Shown piece after piece: positions 58,501 through 64,000 of a DNA stretch of 64,000 nt. Position numbers and translations under genes: made by a program. Under the pieces are notes generated by a model that saw nothing but the letters and a program-made list of their open reading frames with translations, had not been told where the DNA came from and made no database searches. This stretch comes from an uncultured virus (IMG/VR IMGVR_UViG_3300042465_005479) (taxonomy: Duplodnaviria > Heunggongvirae > Uroviricota > Caudoviricetes), in IMG/VR virus record IMGVR_UViG_3300042465_005479. The stretch is one strand, 5' to 3'. Numbering within the stretch: the stretch's first letter is position 1; the number at the start of each line of letters is the position of its first letter.

Positions 58501-59159
58501 ATAGAATCCCCAACACTACCGTCAGACCATAAATACGTATATGGTGGGTTACCTGTTAATCCTGAAATAAACATTTTTCCGGAATTAACTGCACATCCCG
58601 CATCGTTTACAATGTAGAAACCATAATCAATTGTTGTTGAATTTTTAATAATACAAGTCTCAGACTTCCCGGTACAACCACCTCCGTCATCAGCAATCAC
58701 ATAATAAGTTCCATAAGGTATTGTTGTGAATTCAAATGTGTTTGAATATGATGCCCCTGAGGATACAAACCCTGTTGTATTATTATATAAACTAAAAGTT
58801 GATATATCATACGCATTAATTGTTGACGCAATTAGAGAACCATTATTGAACCCACATAATGTGTTGGTTGCTGATGTTATTGTAACACAGGTTCCACTAG
58901 ATATAATAATATTTACCGGTAATATTGTATTGGTTGGAGCACAACTATCAATAATGTTGAATGAATACGTTCCTGCGGATAAACTTGTTGCGTTATATGT
59001 TGTCGCGCTTGGACCTAATGAAATAGTTGTTGCCGATGGTGATAACCATTGGATGGTATAATCAGGAGCTTCACCAATAATATCAATGGTGAACGAACCT
59101 GAATTAGTATTAGCACAATCTCCTGTTATACTAGCGTTATATGTTAAATTACAAGGCAT
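55587..59159 (-). CDS. large fibre/adhesin-like protein: SprB-like repeats, PT linker, C-terminal PEBP (YbhB/YbcL) domain
   Basis: About 7 G(G)xPP(Y/F) modules; PT tract ~56700-57010; EDIDA...FIHWWVTDI...GPCPP...HNY. Confidence 0.7.
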   Translation of the reverse strand: MPCNLTYNASITGDCANTNSGSFTIDIIGEAPDYTIQWLSPSATTISLGPSATTYNATSLSAGTYSFNIIDSCAPTNTILPVNIIISSGTCVTITSATNTLCGFNNGSLIASTINAYDISTFSLYNNTTGFVSSGASYSNTFEFTTIPYGTYYVIADDGGGCTGKSETCIIKNSTTIDYGFYIVNDAGCAVNSGKMFISGLTGNPPYTYLWSDGSVGDSISNLSTGTYSVTVTDNTGCSISKSGFVGKIEPVGFGVAYLTQPTCFSSDGEVSITITGGTPPFYYLGSNGVTNITFDRTVVFSGLGAGGFTIQVTDAGLCTFTATVTLQVPMGISTVSVNTRNSKCNDSSGAIGPIQVFGGVAPYTFTLTDSDGNSDSQTPSDSGTWIFDFLSSGTYSLTVSDSGSALCVFMGTYVINNDVVYDLTVTTTGTTCNGKDGSVKLEITSGGTPPYLYTINGKSISTSFTSYTFTNLFSGNYIANVTDALLCNQSSPFTIDGSNTIDFHLLSTDSINSNGSLTSYITNGTPPFTLYFDGDTVGTTVMEITDLPPGDYEVRIVDSSGCSKAKRMGIRGDKVYENQVGYSNVCLGELNKPMKIYSGPRQYLNEGYAELIIGNENCLLTQTIFSASTVIGDCVNSATFYTGSTLQDYPSDNLWYSTIASLIESCPQIGPGNVDINPLTNEITISTNCEPESLHNSNVLIKMRIDYDIECEFGCLTPTPTPTNTTTVTPTQTQTPTKTPTNTPTQTQTPTHTPSQTPTIGSIPPTPTPTPTNTATVTPTNTQTPTQTKTPTQTPTKTPTNTPTQTQTPTQTMTMTPTPSSKKTYYAYLICGERPNKTTVVIQPVPAVPGNVVGGVILDFTNKLCWELKEISSDLAQLENNWGGTTYDYNWFDDVSPTIYTGSDGVKPCEECVKLLDTVIVPVKSNCPTKLRNWSDCARSNASGNIYINDILIYSFDSTFDANVFISTLGTNEGDVVKIVLTPNVTNSVVTLNVTYNGASVFSQTSSNSEIGFVYTVRCDKKSTTQYNIDIFSTCKKGEPSITLYSNTYTEGNVIPTAYYSSFCYQFNDSPEMNWILNSFDVSNVVSYEILCEDIDASGSSPDGYFIHWWVTDIDPTQLNIPINGNWNSGNVQPTDYGSGDNFNGWNGPCPPSNPVHNYRIRISATLLNGNVIDSNYSTFTAGCIYPFC

Positions 59160-59162
59160 TTT

Positions 59163-62100
59163 TTATTGTGGACAAGTTATATTAAAGTTTATTCCTACAT
59201 TTATACTTATAGTTGTATTTAGTGGAGAAACAGAACAATTTATGTTCCATATCTTAACTTTTGTTGGTGGTGAACCTATTTCATCATTAACTGAACGTTC
59301 ATAACGATAATCATACCCCATTAATATTAAAGTAGAAAGACTATTATTTAACGCTGTTTCCCATGCAGATACACAAGGCATCGCATCACTACAAAGGTAA
59401 CCAACCGGGTTTGAGTATCCTACCCCATCAAAGAACACATCTTGAATAATATTAGTTCCATTTATACTTATGTCAACAAACCATTCACTAACAATTGTTC
59501 CGTCTCTATAACACGACCCAACATCTATTCCATTATCGGTTTCCCACTGATTAATAACATCACTAAAAACACCACTAAAACTATCAAATTCCATTACATT
59601 TTCCGGATATCGATTACATAAGGTATACCAAACATCACAATTAAGTTGATAAACACTACCCGTGAATTTACAAGGTTTACAAATAATTGGTACCAACGCA
59701 CACCCTCTTTGTCTTCTCCAAACAAATTTTTGTCTATGAAAAATAGAATTCTCTAATTTAACACCCGTATTCCAAATTGTAGTTGCCGGAATCATTTGTT
59801 CAACTAATCTAATCCAATAATCACCCATACCTTCAACATACTCAATCATTGTTTTGTATGTGAAGTTATCATTTGGAATTCCAGCTAAAGATTCTGATTG
59901 TAAATAATTCCAATATATTGATGATAACGTTGGATATCCACTTGTTCCACCATCTGTTGCAAATTGTCTATTTCTAACATTAATTGTGTTTTTCCAAAAT
60001 GTTTGAGCAAACTCAAAAAAGGTTTCTTTCCTTGGTTGGGGATTAATAAGGGTTGAGTCAACACCACCGTTATGTGGATAAGACGATACCGGATTAGGGT
60101 TACATCTTGTTGGTGCAACATAACCCAAACCTTGATTATTAATTGGGAAGTTGTATTGTCTTGACATATACCAAACATCGTAAGATAATCCTTGAGAGGG
60201 GTTTAAGTATAAATCAATATTTTTAACATTAATAACTAAACCTTCTGCCCCAACATTATATAATGCGTTATACCCACCATCTAAATTATTTCTATCCCCA
60301 ATTTCACTATCAACCCACGTTTTATTGTTATCTACGGCTGTTCTTATGTTATAACCTAAATCAGTAAATGGGAATGATTTATATACATTCAAATATTCTT
60401 GCCCATAAGTAAATGGAGCTAATTTTGTTTGATAATTAGGATTTGAACCTGTGAACACACTATTAGTTAAATCCGGTTGTTCTAATGACCTATGTTTTGG
60501 TGTTGATTCAAACCAACCAGCACCCATCTGATAAAAATATGTTTCAGAATTACCCGGTGACATAGGATATCCACTATCACTAATTGGATAATCTCCTTTA
60601 CTTAAATCAACTTCTTGAAGAACTGATGTTGTTGTAAAACCAGAATATTGAACCCCTTGTATATTGAATGTATATCCACTCTCTAATGTCGGTAATGTTT
60701 TAGAATATGTTCCACCCGATATTTTAGCATATTGAGAGTCGAACTCTGACATATTAATTCTTTGGTCAGCTAAACAAACATACTCATTAAAATCAATTAA
60801 AGCGTCCGGAGCACCAATTAACCTCATTAAAGTTTCTATGGATTTTCTAGTCCCTTTTGATTTAAACAAATAGGCGGAATTAAGAACTAAATTCTTATAA
60901 TATTGGTAGTTTAACTCGTCAGGCGTTTGAGACTGTCCTACACCACTAAAAGCGGATTTATCAACATTCTTTTGACCAAATACCGAACCTAAAAAGTCCT
61001 CGTTAGTAATTGGGGACATATTTGTCGCCCAACCTAATGTTTGTGATAAATTTTTTAGTAATTGAGACGGAATATCGTTTCCGGTGTTATAATTCACCGA
61101 ATTCATATAAGCTAAACCATTAATGAATTTCTTAGTTTCATCAAAACTTCTACCGTAAATTTGTAATATTTTTTCAATTTTTTGGTCAGAGGTGTCAAAT
61201 TCTTTAAGTGAATCAGTTGTTAAAAATCTTGAAACAAGATTTGTTTGATATCCATCAAAAGACAAACTAATCTCATTTAATGTTGTTAAATATATTGTAA
61301 AGGAATTGGTTAATATATCCAAATTCCAATTACCATATAACGGCCAAGTCACTAACTTATTTTGAATATAAAAAGTTCCATCATCGTTTTCATTTGGAAC
61401 TTGGAAAGTTGCTGTATAAATAGGAACAACATTTCTATTTAATAAAAATCGTTGAACTTCATCCAAATCCTCATTAAGAACTCTATTAACCTGATAATCA
61501 TTTGGTCTAATAACTAAATCATCTTGTGTCTGAGTTTGACCCGGAAAAACATCACCTTTAAGGTATATTCTAAGGGTTCCTGTAGTTGATGACGTTGTTG
61601 GCTCAATATGAGTAACATCAAATCCAACACCACCATAATATAAGGAGTATTTGGCAAATTGATTTGTCATATTTCTTAAAGGAGAAACTTGAATCTCTCT
61701 TAGTTCTAAATTTCTAGTTGCGTTAACAGTAAAATCAATATCAAAAGGGTTTCTAATTCTTGAAATATCTAAATCAATACTTGTTTCATTAACTATTGGA
61801 TTATATGAAATGTTTGTCGCAGTAGCTCCGGTTAAATAGTTTTCATCCATAAAAGTAACCTCCAACGCTGCCGGAAATTTACTAATAATCATTTCAACCG
61901 ATGTTGAAATTCTTTTAACCATTGAACCGTATGATGTAAAATTAGTTACTTCAGTTAAATCAAAATTAGGATAAACTTTAAAATTGTTTTCAAATATCAC
62001 CTTTGATTGAACAACACTATTAACCCCCATACTATCTAAGTTAATAGGGTTTGAGAATGCTCCTGTTGTAAAAGTTCTATTTGATTTTTCCTTAACTCCT

Positions 62101-62228
62101 CTAGTGAACTCAAAATTTCCTTGCGTCAATCCACCCCCCGCAACAAGTTGGAATCCAACTAAATTATCGGAGAATGTACCTGCACCGGATGCTGTCTGTG
62201 GTGGACACGTAAATTTTTCTATTGCCAT
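59163..62228 (-). CDS. baseplate wedge/tail-associated structural protein
   Basis: L.NL..TLGW...YLFKSKGTRKSIETLMRLIG motif. Confidence 0.6.
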   Translation of the reverse strand: MAIEKFTCPPQTASGAGTFSDNLVGFQLVAGGGLTQGNFEFTRGVKEKSNRTFTTGAFSNPINLDSMGVNSVVQSKVIFENNFKVYPNFDLTEVTNFTSYGSMVKRISTSVEMIISKFPAALEVTFMDENYLTGATATNISYNPIVNETSIDLDISRIRNPFDIDFTVNATRNLELREIQVSPLRNMTNQFAKYSLYYGGVGFDVTHIEPTTSSTTGTLRIYLKGDVFPGQTQTQDDLVIRPNDYQVNRVLNEDLDEVQRFLLNRNVVPIYTATFQVPNENDDGTFYIQNKLVTWPLYGNWNLDILTNSFTIYLTTLNEISLSFDGYQTNLVSRFLTTDSLKEFDTSDQKIEKILQIYGRSFDETKKFINGLAYMNSVNYNTGNDIPSQLLKNLSQTLGWATNMSPITNEDFLGSVFGQKNVDKSAFSGVGQSQTPDELNYQYYKNLVLNSAYLFKSKGTRKSIETLMRLIGAPDALIDFNEYVCLADQRINMSEFDSQYAKISGGTYSKTLPTLESGYTFNIQGVQYSGFTTTSVLQEVDLSKGDYPISDSGYPMSPGNSETYFYQMGAGWFESTPKHRSLEQPDLTNSVFTGSNPNYQTKLAPFTYGQEYLNVYKSFPFTDLGYNIRTAVDNNKTWVDSEIGDRNNLDGGYNALYNVGAEGLVINVKNIDLYLNPSQGLSYDVWYMSRQYNFPINNQGLGYVAPTRCNPNPVSSYPHNGGVDSTLINPQPRKETFFEFAQTFWKNTINVRNRQFATDGGTSGYPTLSSIYWNYLQSESLAGIPNDNFTYKTMIEYVEGMGDYWIRLVEQMIPATTIWNTGVKLENSIFHRQKFVWRRQRGCALVPIICKPCKFTGSVYQLNCDVWYTLCNRYPENVMEFDSFSGVFSDVINQWETDNGIDVGSCYRDGTIVSEWFVDISINGTNIIQDVFFDGVGYSNPVGYLCSDAMPCVSAWETALNNSLSTLILMGYDYRYERSVNDEIGSPPTKVKIWNINCSVSPLNTTISINVGINFNITCPQ

Positions 62229-63136
62229 TATTGGGTTATATTTGTAAAGTTTTTACTAAAATCTATGTTATTCCCTCTGTCTTGTCTAACTTCATATAAT
62301 AACTCGTTAAATTGGTCTCTAATCTCATATAAGTTGTATTGTTTGTATATGTTATTAGCATTATCGTATAGTGTATACACACCATCATCAATAGATTTAG
62401 TTTGATTACCATATAAAGCAATAGCCAATGTTGAGAAATCGTGTTCTCCAATTTCAATATCCAAAGTTATTGGATTAAAGAAAGTATTTGTTATAATAAC
62501 ATTTTGATTTGGTTGACCAATATATGGTGTGGCGTTTGGCTTATTTGTTGGTGCCGAAGATGGTGTTAATGTACAAAACAATAAATTAGTGTTATTATCT
62601 GTATATCGATATCTAATAGCCTTTTGAGATGAATTTGTTAAGTTTTGAACAACCGGTTCACAAAAGAATGATGAGGTAATAATTCTAAAGAAATTAGGTA
62701 TCTTTGTCCCATCAGCATTTAGATATTCAATTCTAAAACCAACTAACCCTTGACTAACAAATTTGTTTCTATAAGTAGATGGAACAGAATTTAAATCAAA
62801 AATTAATCCTTTAACATTAGGAAGTGCCGATAAAACACCACAATCTAATATTGTTGTTCTTATTTGAGCAGGTCTAATAAAAATCGTATAAATCCCAATT
62901 TGATTAAATTGTTCAGCAGGTAATTTTAAATTATATAAACCACCTAATATCTCAATACCATTATTCACACCTGTAGTATCATTATTATAATAAGGTCTTA
63001 AAATAGACTTCGCATCCAATTTTGTTAAAACAAAATTATCTGTTTCATCTCTTGATGGAGTATAATTTAAAATTATCTCAACATCTTCCGGACTTACGTC
63101 AGCCGGTCTTATTGTCCCATATGTTCCTGTAGCCAT
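62228..63136 (-). CDS. conserved putative structural protein
   Basis: 302-aa ORF coupled within the structural operon. Confidence 0.6.
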   Translation of the reverse strand: MATGTYGTIRPADVSPEDVEIILNYTPSRDETDNFVLTKLDAKSILRPYYNNDTTGVNNGIEILGGLYNLKLPAEQFNQIGIYTIFIRPAQIRTTILDCGVLSALPNVKGLIFDLNSVPSTYRNKFVSQGLVGFRIEYLNADGTKIPNFFRIITSSFFCEPVVQNLTNSSQKAIRYRYTDNNTNLLFCTLTPSSAPTNKPNATPYIGQPNQNVIITNTFFNPITLDIEIGEHDFSTLAIALYGNQTKSIDDGVYTLYDNANNIYKQYNLYEIRDQFNELLYEVRQDRGNNIDFSKNFTNITQ

Positions 63137-63137
63137 A

Positions 63138-64000
63138 TTATATACTATTATTTACATTAAAAAATTTATATCCGTATTTGACTAAATCACCTACGTTGTC
63201 AACCTCACCCAATCTTTCAACTCTCTCAAGTGCTGAGTTCTTCCCTCGTTCTATAAATATGTTGGATTGTACTTCTGCTTCATCAATTATATTCATTAAT
63301 AAATCATTTTTTACTATTTTTTCACAAACTAACATATCAGAAGTTAAACCCGAAGATTTTACAACAAAAATTGTTGTCCCATTTGAATAATCATAGTAAT
63401 CAATATCATTAATTGTATAGGCGGTATATAAACCATTTGAACTTACTCCTGAATATTTACCAATCGTACCAGTATTACCCGTCACCCATTGATTAGGTAT
63501 ATATTGAGTCGTTCCATATTGTTTTAAATCACTTAACGATGACATTGTATATCCCGTTATTAAAAATGGAATTGATGTTATTGGGTTAAATAAATTAATA
63601 TCATTTAATGTTGCACCACAACTTGAATCTCCACTGAATATATAATCATACGATAATAACGTATTTGACCAATTACCACCCGCAGGTTTAAAATAAGCAA
63701 CCCCTTTAGGATTTGTTATTGTTACACCCGTGAATGGTGTGTTAACCGTTTTTGTTATTACATTTGTCCCCCAAGGGCTCATACCTGACATAGTGATTGT
63801 ATATGCCGTATTATTAGCATAATCATGGTACATTGATGTTGATGTTACCGCACTAACTTGCCCATCACCCCAATCAATCTTGTATGTAGAAAACTCCAAA
63901 TACTTTTTAAACTCAATATCCGATGTATTATAAACATAACACCTTTTTGAGTTTGAACTATTGCCCGAAAAGATAAAATTCGTCATAGTTTCTTGTTGTA
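63138..64000 (-). CDS. PKD-like domain structural protein (probably 5'-truncated by window)
   Basis: YKIDWGDG..H.Y motif; frame open to the window edge. Confidence 0.6.
   Translation of the reverse strand, partial: QQETMTNFIFSGNSSNSKRCYVYNTSDIEFKKYLEFSTYKIDWGDGQVSAVTSTSMYHDYANNTAYTITMSGMSPWGTNVITKTVNTPFTGVTITNPKGVAYFKPAGGNWSNTLLSYDYIFSGDSSCGATLNDINLFNPITSIPFLITGYTMSSLSDLKQYGTTQYIPNQWVTGNTGTIGKYSGVSSNGLYTAYTINDIDYYDYSNGTTIFVVKSSGLTSDMLVCEKIVKNDLLMNIIDEAEVQSNIFIERGKNSALERVERLGEVDNVGDLVKYGYKFFNVNNSI

Noticed and set aside
1..64000. Stop-codon reassignment as in some Bacteroidota phages
   Set aside because: Known genes are full-length in code 11, and TAG and TGA both end genes at sensible positions

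Overview
AT-rich, densely coding segment of a large (jumbo-type) tailed phage genome, standard code 11, with no tRNA, rRNA, CRISPR array or transposon seen. The host is very likely Bacteroidota: there are canonical TTTG-N19-TAnnTTTG promoters, a Bacteroidota-type RpoD-like sigma factor, an Hc1-like protein and SprB-like repeats. Positions 1-43 kb, mostly on the minus strand, carry accessory, host-takeover and replication genes: ferritin, CCA/poly(A) polymerase-family nucleotidyltransferase, NUDIX, DHH phosphoesterase, two orphan DNA methyltransferases, thioredoxin, glutaredoxin, PcfJ-like protein, two LRR paralogs, DnaJ, amidase with possible spanins, sigma factor, Rad50/Mre11, PD-(D/E)xK nuclease and primase. 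Positions 43-64 kb carry Cys/Thr-rich virion (fibre/baseplate-like) genes and a RuvC-like resolvase. Main leads: (1) a DIP1984-like coiled-coil gene followed by a ~180-nt highly structured non-coding RNA whose apical loop holds 7-nt periodic repeats; (2) a shared N-terminal 'MK..(I/L)xE' leader on about 12 unrelated proteins that coincides with a TATTTAT late-promoter motif, suggesting a capsid-targeting/protease-cleavage code for injected cargo; (3) an ORF-less ~80-nt late small RNA; (4) a degenerate MetK-like protein; (5) a SprB-repeat fibre ending in a PEBP domain. Family assignments are from motif recognition by eye, not from database searches.
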